Assembly (NCBI GenBank): GCA_963699765.1
Contig: CAVOVD010000007.1
Location: 217,894 to 281,893 of the forward strand
Direction: 5' to 3'
Source: an uncultured beta proteobacterium
GTDB taxonomy: Bacteria; Pseudomonadota; Gammaproteobacteria; Burkholderiales; Casimicrobiaceae
Length of the DNA stretch: 64,000 nt
Shown piece after piece: positions 1 through 10,329 of this stretch (position 1 is the first letter of the stretch; every line of letters begins with the position of its first letter). Both the position numbers and the translations under genes were made by a program. The notes beneath the pieces were generated by a model that was not told the DNA's origin, ran no database searches, and saw only the letters and a list, made by a program, of their open reading frames with translations.

Positions 1-422
1 ATCGAGCAGGCGATCTGCGAGGATGGATCGGGCGCGTAGTAAAGAGCATGCGCCGCCGCCGCCGCGGAAATCGCCAGGTTGGTGACCCCCGGCTGGACGA
101 TGGCGGTGCGGGCCATCGGGTCGATGGTGACGATGCGGCGAAACTTGGTGAGCGAAAGCACGATGCCGGCGCTATCCGGCATCGCGCCGCCCGACAGGCT
201 GGTGCCGGCGCCGCGGGCGACCACCGGAACGCGCGCCGCCTGGCAGACCTTGAGGATCGCCACCACCTGCGCCTCGTTCTCCGGCAGGACCACCGCGGCA
301 GGCAGGGCGCGGAAAAGCGTCAGCCCGTCGCACTCGTAGGGCTTGGTATCTTCCGCGGAGGTAAGCAGCGCCGCCGGCGGCAGGATCGCCGCGAGTTGCG
401 CTTGCACTTCGGTGTCGAGCAT
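1..422 (-). CDS. glcD: Glycolate oxidase FAD-linked subunit GlcD (3' end runs off the window)
   Basis: Hand translation from ATG at 422 (not in the ORF track): MLDTEVQAQLAAILPPAALL...KPYECDGL...VVARGAGTSLSGGAMP...VQPGVTNLAIS...YYAPDPSSQIACS. These are GlcD-type FAD-binding motifs. Confidence 0.88.
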   Translation of the reverse strand, partial: MLDTEVQAQLAAILPPAALLTSAEDTKPYECDGLTLFRALPAAVVLPENEAQVVAILKVCQAARVPVVARGAGTSLSGGAMPDSAGIVLSLTKFRRIVTIDPMARTAIVQPGVTNLAISAAAAAHALYYAPDPSSQIACS

Positions 423-595
423 AGGGCGGGCTTCGGGGGTCGGCACGCGACCCTGCGCGGTTGGGGGATCGGCTGTTCGATTATTCCACAAGCGCAGGGC
501 CGACGACAGGCACGCCGCCGGAAAGGCTTCTCCGCCGCAGGCTGCACGGAACACGTCGCGGGCAGCGCCGGCGCTCCGGTCCACGGCCGGCCGGC

Positions 596-604
596 TGCTA
601 GAAT
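596..604 (+). promoter_or_regulatory. Putative extended -10 element (TGCTAGAAT) for the CoA-transferase gene
   Basis: TGn+TAGAAT in a GC-rich intergenic region about 130 nt upstream of ATG 733. Confidence 0.4.
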
Positions 605-732
605 CCGCACAAGGGCTGGCGCAATTTCGACATTCGGGCACCGCCGACCGGAGTTCCGGCGCGCGTGCGCCGCCACGACGCCGGTCCATCCCAGCGTCGC
701 GAAGCCGTCGTCCTGCACTGCGGAACCATGCC

Positions 733-1935
733 ATGCAAGAAAAGCTCAACGCCCGCCCGCTGGCAGGACTCCGGGTCCTCGAAATGGGCGCGCTGATCGC
801 CGGTCCCTTCTGCGCCAAGATCCTCGGCGAGTTCGGCGCCGACGTCGTCAAGATCGAACCGCCCGGACTCGGCGATCCGCTGCGCAAGTGGCGCTTCCTG
901 AAGGACGGCACGTCGGTATGGTGGCACGTCCAGTCGCGCAACAAGCGCTCGGTCACCGTCGACCTCCGGCAACCCGACGGACAGGCGATCGCCCGGGCGC
1001 TGGCCGAACGGGCCGACATCGTCGTCGAGAATTTCCGCCCGGGCACGCTCGAGGACTGGGGCCTCGGCTACGAAGGGCTGGCGGCGAAGAACCCCGGACT
1101 GATCATGGTGCGCATCTCCGGCTACGGCCAGGACGGGCCCTATCACCAGCGTCCCGGGTTCGGCGTCATCGGCGAGGCGATGGGCGGCCTGCGTCACGTC
1201 ACCGGAACGCCGGACCGGCCGCCTTCGCGCGTCGGCGTGTCCATCGGCGACACGCTGTCCGCGCTCTATGGCGTGATCGGCGCCATGGTGGCGCTCGAGC
1301 ATCGACACCGGACCGGCAGTGGCCAGATCGTCGACGTCGCGCTCTACGAGTCGGTGTTCTCGGTGATGGAGTCGATGCTGCCCGAGTTCGACGCCTTCGG
1401 CGCGACGCGTGAGCGCACCGGATCCATTCTTCCGGGCATCGCGCCGACATCCTCGTACCGGTGCAATGACGGGAGTTTCGTCCTGATCGCCGCCAACGGC
1501 GACTCGATCTTCCGGCGGCTGTGCACGGCGATGGGCCGCGACGACCTCGCCGCCGACCAGGCGCTTGCGCACAACGACGGACGGGCGGCCAGGCAGGCGT
1601 GGCTCGACGGGGAAATCGAACGCTGGACGTCGACGCGCACGCCGGAGGACGTGCTCGCCGCGATGGAGCGTGCCGAAGTGCCGGCGTCGAAGATCTACAC
1701 GATCGGCGATATCGTCGCCGACGCGCACTACCGCGCCAGGGGCATGATCCGCGAAATCCGCACCGCCGACGGCGGGACGCTCAAGGTGCCCGGCGTCGTT
1801 CCGCGGCTGTCGGCCACGCCGGGCGGCTTCGACGGCGGCGGCCCGCGGCTGGGCGAGCATACCGACGCCGTGCTGCGCGAACTGGGCTACGCCGACGAGC
1901 GGATCGCCGAGCTCCGGGCGCGGCGCATCGTCTAG
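733..1935 (+). CDS. Family III CoA-transferase (CaiB/BaiF)
   Basis: PLAGLRVLEMG..IAGPF...FGADVVKIEPPG.GDPLR, RNKRS, ADIVVENFRPG, ISGYGQDGPY, C-terminal PRLGEHT. Confidence 0.93.
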   Translation: MQEKLNARPLAGLRVLEMGALIAGPFCAKILGEFGADVVKIEPPGLGDPLRKWRFLKDGTSVWWHVQSRNKRSVTVDLRQPDGQAIARALAERADIVVENFRPGTLEDWGLGYEGLAAKNPGLIMVRISGYGQDGPYHQRPGFGVIGEAMGGLRHVTGTPDRPPSRVGVSIGDTLSALYGVIGAMVALEHRHRTGSGQIVDVALYESVFSVMESMLPEFDAFGATRERTGSILPGIAPTSSYRCNDGSFVLIAANGDSIFRRLCTAMGRDDLAADQALAHNDGRAARQAWLDGEIERWTSTRTPEDVLAAMERAEVPASKIYTIGDIVADAHYRARGMIREIRTADGGTLKVPGVVPRLSATPGGFDGGGPRLGEHTDAVLRELGYADERIAELRARRIV

Positions 1936-1963
1936 ACAGTCGCGAAGCCGGGAAACGTCCCCC

Positions 1964-3178
1964 TCAGCGACCAGCGGCCCCGGCCTCGCGGCGGTCGCGC
2001 ACCAGCCTGAACCCGGCGAAGGTCAGCGCGCCGGCGACCGCGATCACCGTCGCCATGGGCCTGCCGGTGCCGTCGTGCGCGAGGCCGACCACGCTTGCCG
2101 CGAGCGCGGCGCCCACGAACTGCACGAAGGCCAGCAGCGACGATGCGCTGCCGGCAATCGCGGGAAACGGCGTCAGCGCGCCCGCGATCGCCTGCGGCAG
2201 GGTCATCGACAGCGCCGTCATGTAGGCGAACATCGGCACGACGACCGCCAGCGGATGCGCGACTTCGAGCCATGCCAGCAGGGCCAGCGCCAGGCCCGCG
2301 CCCAGCATCAGCCAGGTCGCGTGCAGGATCACCCGGTCGATGCCCAGGCGGCGCACCAGCGCGCTGCCGATGCCGGCGCCGGTGATGTTGCCGAGCATCA
2401 CGATCCCGAACATCCAGCCGAAACCGGTTTCCGAATGCCCGAGGACCGAAATGAACATGAAGGCGCTGCCGGCGAGGAAGGCAAACACGCCGCACATCGA
2501 GAACGATGCCACCAGCAGGTAGCGCCAGTAGCGGCGCGACGCCAGCAGCAGGCGGAAGTTGGCCAGCATGGTCGCCGGATCGGTCGCCTTCGGGTCGCGC
2601 ACGGCAATCGTCTCCGGCAGCGTGCGCACGATCAGCACCAGCAGGATCGCGCCGTACGCGGCCACGAACACGAAGGTCGACTGCCAGCCGAACCATTGGT
2701 GCAGGTGGCTGCCAAGGATGGGGGCCGCCACCGGTGCGATTCCCAGCACCATGCCCATCAGCGACAGCATGTGCGCGGCGCGATCGCCGGAGAGCAGGTC
2801 GCGCACCACCGCGCGCGGGACCACCGCGATCGGCGCCAACGCCAGCGCCTGGACAAATCTCGCGGTGATCAGCGCCTCGACGGTCGTCGCCAGCGCGCAG
2901 GCAAGCGAAGCGACGACGAACAACGTCAACCCGCCGATCAGCGCCGGCCGGCGGCCGATCCGATCGGAGATCGGCCCCGCGATCAGCTGCGCGAGCCCCC
3001 AGCCGAACATGTACACCGACAACGTGAGCTGGACCTGGGCGGCCGATGCGGACAGCGACACCATCATCGACGGCATCGACGCAAGGTAGATGTCCATCGC
3101 CAGCGGCGACGCGGCGATGAGCGCGCCGAGCAGCGCCGTCAGCGCGGGACCGGCGGCTGCGGTACGGCGATGACTCAG
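1964..3178 (-). CDS. Bcr/CflA-family MFS efflux transporter (start probably CTG at 3178)
   Basis: C-terminal part of ORF 1964..4714: LLGALIAASPLAMDIYLASMP, GPISDRIGRRP (MFS motif A), ARFVQAL, LPET, AGSASSL, and many hydrophobic segments. Confidence 0.88.
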   Translation of the reverse strand: MSHRRTAAAGPALTALLGALIAASPLAMDIYLASMPSMMVSLSASAAQVQLTLSVYMFGWGLAQLIAGPISDRIGRRPALIGGLTLFVVASLACALATTVEALITARFVQALALAPIAVVPRAVVRDLLSGDRAAHMLSLMGMVLGIAPVAAPILGSHLHQWFGWQSTFVFVAAYGAILLVLIVRTLPETIAVRDPKATDPATMLANFRLLLASRRYWRYLLVASFSMCGVFAFLAGSAFMFISVLGHSETGFGWMFGIVMLGNITGAGIGSALVRRLGIDRVILHATWLMLGAGLALALLAWLEVAHPLAVVVPMFAYMTALSMTLPQAIAGALTPFPAIAGSASSLLAFVQFVGAALAASVVGLAHDGTGRPMATVIAVAGALTFAGFRLVRDRREAGAAGR

Positions 3179-3930
3179 ACGCAGCGCCCGCCGTCGACTT
3201 CGAGGCAGGCGCCGGTGATGAACGAAGCCTCGTCCGACGCGAAGAAGACGGCGGCGGTGGCGATGTCGGACGGCTGCGACAGCCTGCCCAGTGGAATCGT
3301 CGCGACGAACTGCGCCCGCCGCTCCGGCGTGTCCTGTCCCATGAAGTCGGCCAGCATCGCCGTCTCGCCCGCCACCGGGTTGATGACATTCACGCGGATG
3401 TTGTCGCCGGCAAGCTCGGCCGCCATCGACCGCGACGTGACGATCGCCGCACCCTTGCTGCCGTTGTACCAGGTGAGGCCGGGCCGCGGGCGCACGCCGG
3501 CGGTGGAGGCGATGGTGATGAACACGCCGCCGCCGGCGGCGCGCATGGGTGGGACCGCGTGCTTCGCCGTCAGGAACAGGCTCTTCACGTTGACCTGGTA
3601 GATGCGGTCGAACTGCGCCTCGGTGACGTCGAGCATCGGCTGGTTGCGATGCGTGGTTCCGGCATTGTTGACGACGACGTCGAGCCGGCCGAATTCCGCG
3701 AGAGCGAAGGCGACCAGCCGCGCGACGTCGGCGTCCTTCGACACGTCGCCGGCACAGAAAAGCCCGGCGCCGCCGGCCGCGCGGATATCGGCCGCCGTGC
3801 GCTCGCCGTTCTCGCCGTTGATGTCGTTGACGACGACGCGCGCACCTTCGGCCGCGAAGCGCATGGCGATGCCGCGGCCGAAGCCGGATCCCGCGCCGGT
3901 GACGACGGCGACCTTGTTCCCCAATCTCAT
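3175..3930 (-). CDS. SDR-family oxidoreductase (FabG-like)
   Basis: TGAGSGFG Rossmann motif, NNAG, YNGSK catalytic motif, C-terminal VDGG. Confidence 0.93.
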   Translation of the reverse strand: MRLGNKVAVVTGAGSGFGRGIAMRFAAEGARVVVNDINGENGERTAADIRAAGGAGLFCAGDVSKDADVARLVAFALAEFGRLDVVVNNAGTTHRNQPMLDVTEAQFDRIYQVNVKSLFLTAKHAVPPMRAAGGGVFITIASTAGVRPRPGLTWYNGSKGAAIVTSRSMAAELAGDNIRVNVINPVAGETAMLADFMGQDTPERRAQFVATIPLGRLSQPSDIATAAVFFASDEASFITGACLEVDGGRCV

Positions 3931-3999
3931 GCCGCTCTCCTGCCTCGACGATTCGCACCCGGGCCGCCGTTCGCTCCGGCCCGGCCCTGCCGCTGCCGT

Positions 4000-5499
4000 T
4001 CAACCATGCCGCAGGACCACGGTCTTGACCGTGGTAAAGGCGTAGAGCGCCTCGAAGCCCTTTTCGCGGCCATGACCGGAATGCTTGACGCCGCCGAAGG
4101 GCAATTCGACGCCGCCGCCTGCGCCGTAGTTGTTGACAAAGACCTGGCCGCTGGCGACCGCGCGCGCCATTCGCAACTGTCTGCCGCCGTCTCGTGTCCA
4201 CACGCCGGCGACCAGCCCGAAGTCGGTGCCGTTGGCCAGCCGCACCGCGTCCGCCTCGTCGGCGAAGGGCATGGCGGCGAGTACCGGGCCGAATACCTCG
4301 TCGCAGGCCAGCCGGTGCTTCGCCGGCACGTCGCGCAGCAGCGTCGGCGGCACGTAATAGCCGCCGTCCGGCGCATCGACGACGATGCTGCCCTGCGCGA
4401 CCGTCGCGATGCCGTCCTGGCGCGCGCCGAACAGGAAGCCGCGCACGCGATCGAGCTGCGAGGCGCGTATCAGCGGTCCACAGTCGAGGTCGGCCAGCGC
4501 GGGACCGGCGCGCAGCGCGGCGAAACGGGCGCCGAGCTTCTCCAGCAACTCGTCGTAGCGCGACTGCTCGACCAGCAGCCTGCTGCCCGCCGAACAGGTC
4601 TGCCCGGCATTCTGGACGATGGCGTTGACCAGCACCGGCAGCGCCGCCTCGAGGTCGGCGTCGGCGAACACGATCTGCGGGGACTTGCCGCCCAGTTCCA
4701 GCGTGACGGGACAATGCCGCCGCGCGGCAGCCGCGGCCACCAGGGCGCCGGTCGCCGGCGAGCCGGTGAACGACAGATGCGCGATGCCTGGATGCTCGAC
4801 CAGCGCCGCGCCGGCTTCGCCGCCCAGGCCGGTGACCACGTTGATCGCCCCCGGCGGCATGCCGACTCCGGCGGCGAGTTCCACGACACGCAGCAACGAC
4901 AGGCAGGCATCCTCGGCGGGCTTCACCACGCAGGCGTTGCCCGCCGCGAGCGCCGCCCCAACCGACCGCCCGAAGATCTGCAGCGGATAATTCCAGGGAA
5001 TGATGTGGCCGGTGACGCCATGCGGCTCGCGCCAGGTCAGGACGGTGAAGCCCTCGGCGTAGGGAATGGTCGTGCCGTGCAGCTTGTCGCAGGCGCCGCC
5101 GTAGAACTCGAAGTAGCGGGCGCAGGCGGCAACGTCGGCACGCGCCTGTTTGAGCGGCTTGCCGCAGTCGCGCGCCTCGACGAGCGCGATCGCCGCGGCG
5201 TCTTCCTCGATCGCCCGCCCAAGGCGACCGAGCAGGCGCCCGCGTTCCGCCGGCGCCAAGCGCCCCCAGGGGCCGTCGCGCGCCGCCTGCGCTGCGCGCA
5301 CCGCCGCATCGACGTCCGCCGCGCCGCCGCGCGCGATGGCGGCGAACGGCGCGCCGTCCGACGGGTCGATCATCGACAGCTCGGCGCCATCCGCAGCGGC
5401 GACCCAGCGGTTGCCGATGAAGTGCTGAGCCGGGGTGCCGATCGCCGGCCAGCCGGCGTTGGGCGCGTTCAAGGCCACGCCGCCCTGCCCAGGCGCCAT
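4000..5499 (-). CDS. Aldehyde dehydrogenase family protein (start uncertain, 5472-5514)
   Basis: IIPWNYP, FTGS, LELGGKSP, NAGQTCSAG (catalytic Cys), EVFGPV, PFGGVKHSG. Confidence 0.93.
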   Translation of the reverse strand: MAPGQGGVALNAPNAGWPAIGTPAQHFIGNRWVAAADGAELSMIDPSDGAPFAAIARGGAADVDAAVRAAQAARDGPWGRLAPAERGRLLGRLGRAIEEDAAAIALVEARDCGKPLKQARADVAACARYFEFYGGACDKLHGTTIPYAEGFTVLTWREPHGVTGHIIPWNYPLQIFGRSVGAALAAGNACVVKPAEDACLSLLRVVELAAGVGMPPGAINVVTGLGGEAGAALVEHPGIAHLSFTGSPATGALVAAAAARRHCPVTLELGGKSPQIVFADADLEAALPVLVNAIVQNAGQTCSAGSRLLVEQSRYDELLEKLGARFAALRAGPALADLDCGPLIRASQLDRVRGFLFGARQDGIATVAQGSIVVDAPDGGYYVPPTLLRDVPAKHRLACDEVFGPVLAAMPFADEADAVRLANGTDFGLVAGVWTRDGGRQLRMARAVASGQVFVNNYGAGGGVELPFGGVKHSGHGREKGFEALYAFTTVKTVVLRHG

Positions 5500-5547
5500 G
5501 GATCGCCGCTCCACGGCAGGCTGCGCATCATGGACGCCTTCAGCCGA

Positions 5548-7116
5548 TCACTTCTTCGGCGTGAATTTCCACGCCAGCGTCTGCTCGTCGACGCGCGGCG
5601 TGTAGGCGATGCCGTTGCGCGTGCCCCACAGGCTGATCTGGAAATGCAGCGGGATGAGGCCGGTATCGCCGATGGCGAGTTCGGTTGCCCGCTGCAGATA
5701 CGCTTCGCGCCTGGCGTCGTCGACGATCTGCAGCGCGTCCTCGGTCAGCGCGTCGACCTTGGTGTTCGAATAGCGACCGCGATTCGCCGTGCCGAAGCCC
5801 TTGTCCTTGTTGAAGGTCATCAGCAGCGCCTTCAGCGACGACGACGACTCGCCGGTGCCGGTGCTCCAGCCCTGCCTGCAGGACGCTGAACTTCAACGCC
5901 GTGCCCTGCGGGAAGAACGTCGCCGACGGCATGGCGACGACCTTGGTCGCCACGCCACCCCGCGTCCACATCTGCGCGATCGCCTGCGCGATCTTGGCGT
6001 CGTTCACGTAACGGTTGTTGGTCGCGTGCAGCGTGACGCCGAAGCCGTCCGGGTAACCCGCCTCGGCGAGCAGCTTCTTCGCCCCTTCCAGGTCGAAGGG
6101 CTCGACCTTGAGATTCTTCGACGCGCCGAACAGGAAGTCCGGCACCAGCTGGCCCGAAGGAATCGCCTGGCCCTCCATCACCCGCTCGACGATGGCCGGC
6201 CGGTTGATCATCTTCGACAACGCCTTGCGCACCCGCGGGTCCTTGAGCGGATTGCGTTCGAGCGGCTTGCCGCTCTTGTCGGTGACATCCGGCGTGATCG
6301 TGCGGTCGCTGTCCATGTGCACGTACATCAGCCGGTCGGACACGCCGCGGTAGATGCCGAGCTTCCTGTCGCCCTTCAGCCTCGCGACGTCGGCGGTCGG
6401 CACGTTCTCGATCACGTGCGACGTCGCCGGAGAGCAGCGCCGCGACCCTCGCCGCGTCCTGCGTGAGGATGCGCATGGTGACCTTGTCCCATGGCGTCTT
6501 GCCGCCGAACCAGGCGTCGTTGCGCACGAGTTCGATCCGGTCACCCTTGGTGAAGCGCGCGAACTTGTAGGGGCCCGTGCCGATCGCCGCCTTGCCTGTA
6601 TTGAAATCGTCGGTCGAGGCGTTCGCGATTGGCCTTGCTGATGATCGAAATCTGCGACATGTCCGACGGCATCAGCGGATACGGCGTCGCGGTCTTGAAG
6701 CGGATCGTGTACGGATCGACGACGTCGATCGACTTGATCTGCTTGGTGTAGGCGGTAAACGGCGACGGGCTGTTCGGCACCTTCGGCACGCGTTCGATCG
6801 ACGCCACCACGTCGGCCGCGGTGAAATCGCTGCCGTCGTGGAATTTCACGCCACGGCGCAACTTGAACTCCCATGTGGTCGGGTCGATCGCCTTCCATTC
6901 GGTCGCGAGCCCGGGAATCGGCTGCGACTTCTCGTCGCGCTCGACCAGCCGCGAGTACAGGTGCGAGGCGACGTTGTTGTTGGGCGTCAGGTTGTGATAG
7001 TGCGGATCGAGCGCGGTGACGTCGGTGCCCAGACCGATGGTCAGGTCCGCGGCGGCTAGCGGTAGCGCGACGGCAATCGAAGCCAGCGCGGCGACAAGGG
7101 TGCGGACGAGGCGCAT
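5548..7116 (-). CDS. ABC transporter substrate-binding protein, family 5 (DppA/OppA-like); about 3 frameshifts
   Basis: Signal peptide MRLVRTLVAALA..., LDPH, PGLATEW...WEFKLRRGVKFHDGS, DPRVRKALS, AKKLLAEAGYPDGF. Pieces lie in different frames with shifts near 6630, 6420 and 5875. GGAGA RBS upstream. Confidence 0.88.
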
Positions 7117-7329
7117 CGGGATCTCTCCAGAACGGAACTGCGGGCGGCCGGCATGCCGGCATCGGCGGACGGTGCAAGCCGCCAAGGATAGCGCAATGCG
7201 TATCCGTTTGTAACAGGCGGGCGTACCGGCGCCGCCACGTCAACCGATGACCGTTGCCCGGCGTTCCAGACCCATGAGCGTGGGTCGAACCATTCGGATC
7301 TGCCCCCGCCTGTCAAAGGAGATTCGCAG

Positions 7330-7764
7330 ATGAACCGACTCAAGCTTGCTGCCATCGCCTTCGCCGCTGCTGTCGCGCTGTCCGGCGCGGCTGTCGCAGG
7401 CGATGTGGCCTGGAACCTGACCGTCGGCGGCCCGGGATTCGGCGTCAGCGTGGGCGTACCGGCCTATGCGCCTGCCTATCGAGGTGCGGTGGTGGCGCGG
7501 GCCTACGCTCCAGCCTACTACGGCGGCGCGCCGTATCGTCCCTATTACCGGCCGTACGCGCGCCGGCCGTTCGTCTCCCCGGCAGTCGCCTATCCTCCGC
7601 TGGTCGCGCCGCCGTTCTATTCGGTGCCGTTGCCGCGGCCGGTGTACGTTGCGCCGCAACCAGTGTTCGTGGCCCCGCTGCCGGTCTATGCCGCGCCCCG
7701 CGTTTACGTACCGGCACCTCGTGCGTACGTGCCGGCGCCCCGCCCCTACCCGTATCGCTACTGA
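7330..7764 (+). CDS. Secreted Pro/Tyr/Val/Ala-rich low-complexity protein (PXPV-repeat type)
   Basis: AAGGAG RBS, signal peptide, 'VAWNLTVGGPG', repeated PVYVAP/PVYAAP motifs. Confidence 0.75.
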   Translation: MNRLKLAAIAFAAAVALSGAAVAGDVAWNLTVGGPGFGVSVGVPAYAPAYRGAVVARAYAPAYYGGAPYRPYYRPYARRPFVSPAVAYPPLVAPPFYSVPLPRPVYVAPQPVFVAPLPVYAAPRVYVPAPRAYVPAPRPYPYRY

Positions 7765-7795
7765 ACGCGGCTCGACGCGTTGACCGTCCGGTCCG

Positions 7796-8962
7796 TCAGC
7801 GGACCCCGGTGAAGCGGATGCGGTAGATCGCGCCGGCGTAGTCGTCGCTGACCAGCAGCGAACCATCCGGCGCGACCAGCACGTCCGCCGGCCGGCCCCA
7901 GGCCTGCTGCCCCTGCAGCCAGCCTTCGGCGAACGTCTCGTAGGCCAGCGCGCGGCCGTTGCCGTCGATGCGCACCAGCGCCACGCGATAGCCGATCTTT
8001 CGGCTGCGGTTCCAGGATCCGTGTTCGGCGATGAACACCTGATTCCGATAGGCGGCCGGAAACTGCGAGCCGGTGTAGAAGCGCATTCCGAGCGGCGCGA
8101 CGTGAGCCCCCAGCTCCTGCACCGGCGCGACGGTCGCGCTGCAGGCGCGCAGGTGGCCGAATTCCGGATCGGCCGTCGTCGCGCCGTGGCAGTACGGATA
8201 GCCGAAGTGCTGGCCGGGCGAGGCCAGCCGGTTGAGTTCGCAGGGCGGCGAGTCGTCGCCCAGCCAGTCGCGTCCGTTGTCGGTGAACCAGAGCTCGCGC
8301 GTCACCGGATGGAAGTCGAAGCCGACGGTGTTGCGCACGCCGCGCGCGACGACCTCGAGACCGCTGCCGTCCGGATTCATCCGCGCGATCATCGCGTAGC
8401 GATCGGGATCGGGCTGACAGATGTTGCAGGGTGCGCCCACCGGAACATAGAGCTTGCCGTCGGGGCCGAAGGCAATGAACTTGCGCCCGTGGTGACCATC
8501 ATTTGGGAATGCGTCGCTGACCACCATCGGCGTGGGCGGCGCATCCAGCCGGCGCTCGATGTCGTCGTAGCGCAGGATGCGGTTGACCGCGGACACGTAA
8601 AGCGCGCCGTCGCGAAAGGCCACGCCCGCCGGATCGCGCAGGCCGCTGGCGATCGTGCGCACGCGCGCGACTTCCGACGTACCGGGTCGCGGCAGCGTCA
8701 CGGCGTGGACCCGGCCCTCCCGGGCGGAGCCGACGAACAGCGTGCCCTGCGCGCCCCAGGCCATCGCCCGCGCGTTGGGCACGCGCGCCGCCAGCTCGAT
8801 GGAAAATCCCGGCGGCAGCACGATCTTTTCCAGCGGCAGCGATTGCGCGATCGCCGATCCGGCGGCAGGGACCAGCGCGAGGCAGGCGGCCAGAAGCATG
8901 CCGACGTGCAGGCCAGCGCGTCGTCCCGACGGCGCGAAGGGATCGCGCTGCGTGCTGAACAT
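7796..8962 (-). CDS. PQQ-dependent sugar/L-sorbosone dehydrogenase family beta-propeller protein
   Basis: Signal peptide, LPPGF, FGPDGKLYV.VG.PCN, GVRNTVG, HFGYPYCHG, HGSWNRS, GRPADV. Confidence 0.88.
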   Translation of the reverse strand: MFSTQRDPFAPSGRRAGLHVGMLLAACLALVPAAGSAIAQSLPLEKIVLPPGFSIELAARVPNARAMAWGAQGTLFVGSAREGRVHAVTLPRPGTSEVARVRTIASGLRDPAGVAFRDGALYVSAVNRILRYDDIERRLDAPPTPMVVSDAFPNDGHHGRKFIAFGPDGKLYVPVGAPCNICQPDPDRYAMIARMNPDGSGLEVVARGVRNTVGFDFHPVTRELWFTDNGRDWLGDDSPPCELNRLASPGQHFGYPYCHGATTADPEFGHLRACSATVAPVQELGAHVAPLGMRFYTGSQFPAAYRNQVFIAEHGSWNRSRKIGYRVALVRIDGNGRALAYETFAEGWLQGQQAWGRPADVLVAPDGSLLVSDDYAGAIYRIRFTGVR

Positions 8963-9089
8963 GGCCGCCTCCGGTGGTTCCTGATTCGCCGAAGATACCC
9001 GCCGTCGCACCGCCCGTCCATGCCTGTGCTGCGTCCGCCGTCGACGACGGCGGTGCTATCCTTGACCTTTGCAACATGGAGGCTGTGCG

Positions 9090-10310
9090 ATGAACGCTCC
9101 GACAACTGCCGCGCAACTGCGACCCGACGCAACGCAGGTTCGCGCCGAAGACCTGGTCAGCCTCGACTTCATCCGCGCGCTGGTCGGCTTCGACACCACC
9201 AGTCGCGATTCCAACCTCGCACTCATCGATTGGGTCCGCGGCTACCTGGAGAGCCACGGCATCGCGTCGACGCTGACCTTCGACGACGGCCGCCGCAAGG
9301 CCAACCTCTTTGCGACGCTGCCGGCACGCGACGGCAACGCGACCGAGCGCGGCATCGTCCTTTCCGGGCACACGGACGTCGTCCCGGTCGACGGCCAGCC
9401 CTGGGACACCGACCCGTTCGCCGTCGTCGTCAAGGACGGCCGGCTCTACGGGCGCGGCGTCACCGACATGAAGAGCTTTTCGGCGGTCGGGCTCGCCTTC
9501 GTGCCGGAATTTCTGCGCGGCGGGCTGTCCCGGCCGCTGCATTTCGCGCTGTCCTACGACGAGGAGGTCGGCTGCATCGGCGTGCGGCGGCTGATCGCCG
9601 ATATCGTCGCGCGCGGCCTGCGCCCGGCCGGCTGCATCGTCGGCGAACCCACGGGCATGGAACTCGTCGTCGCCCACAAGGGCAAGAAGGGCTGGCGCTG
9701 CCGCGTGCGCGGACTCGAGGCGCACTCGTCGCTGACCCCCTCCGGCGTCAATGCGGTCCAGGTCGCCTGCGAGATCGTCGCCTTCATCGCGCAGCGGGCG
9801 CGGACGCTGCGCGACACCGGCCGGCGCGACGACGCCTACGACGTGCCCTACTCGACCGTGCACGTGGGCACGATTCGCGGCGGCACGGCGCTCAACATCG
9901 TGCCGCGCGACTGCACGTTCGATTTCGAGATCCGCCATCTGCCGTTCGATGATCCGGATGCCTTCATCGCCGACGTCCGCGCCTTCGCCGCGACGCTGCT
10001 GCCGGAGATGCACGCGGTGGATCCGGGCACGTCGATCGAATTCGACGCGCTGTCCACGCTTCCCGGGTTCGACGCCGGCGACGACAGCGACATCGCCGCG
10101 CTGGGCCGCGCCTGCGCGGAATCCAGTGGCCATGGCAAGGTGTCGTTCGGCACCGAGGCCTCGCTGTTCCATGGCGCCGACGTCCCTACGCTCATCTGCG
10201 GTCCCGGACATATCGCGCAGGCGCACCAGCCCAACGAATGGGTGGCGATCGAGCAGGTCGCGCGCTGCGAGGCGTTCATGCGCCGGCTGGCCGCACATCT
10301 CGCGGCATGA
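9090..10310 (+). CDS. argE: Acetylornithine deacetylase (M20 family)
   Basis: LSGHTDVVP, YGRG..DMK, YDEEVGC.G, GEPT, AHSS, CGPG.I.QAH.PNE. Confidence 0.9.
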   Translation: MNAPTTAAQLRPDATQVRAEDLVSLDFIRALVGFDTTSRDSNLALIDWVRGYLESHGIASTLTFDDGRRKANLFATLPARDGNATERGIVLSGHTDVVPVDGQPWDTDPFAVVVKDGRLYGRGVTDMKSFSAVGLAFVPEFLRGGLSRPLHFALSYDEEVGCIGVRRLIADIVARGLRPAGCIVGEPTGMELVVAHKGKKGWRCRVRGLEAHSSLTPSGVNAVQVACEIVAFIAQRARTLRDTGRRDDAYDVPYSTVHVGTIRGGTALNIVPRDCTFDFEIRHLPFDDPDAFIADVRAFAATLLPEMHAVDPGTSIEFDALSTLPGFDAGDDSDIAALGRACAESSGHGKVSFGTEASLFHGADVPTLICGPGHIAQAHQPNEWVAIEQVARCEAFMRRLAAHLAA

Positions 10311-10329
10311 CCGCGGGCGCGAGGGTGCC

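Noticed and set aside
1964-4714. Apparent long fusion ORFs (also 22414..23790, 34254..35681, 36653..38824, 40330..42597, 53267..55612, 55419..57167)
   Set aside because: Only the C-terminal parts are real genes; the N-terminal extensions are off-frame reads through upstream genes.
7330-7764. Pro-rich repeats as a novel repeat system
   Set aside because: Low-complexity PXPV-type secreted proteins are common in Betaproteobacteria; there is no exact DNA periodicity.
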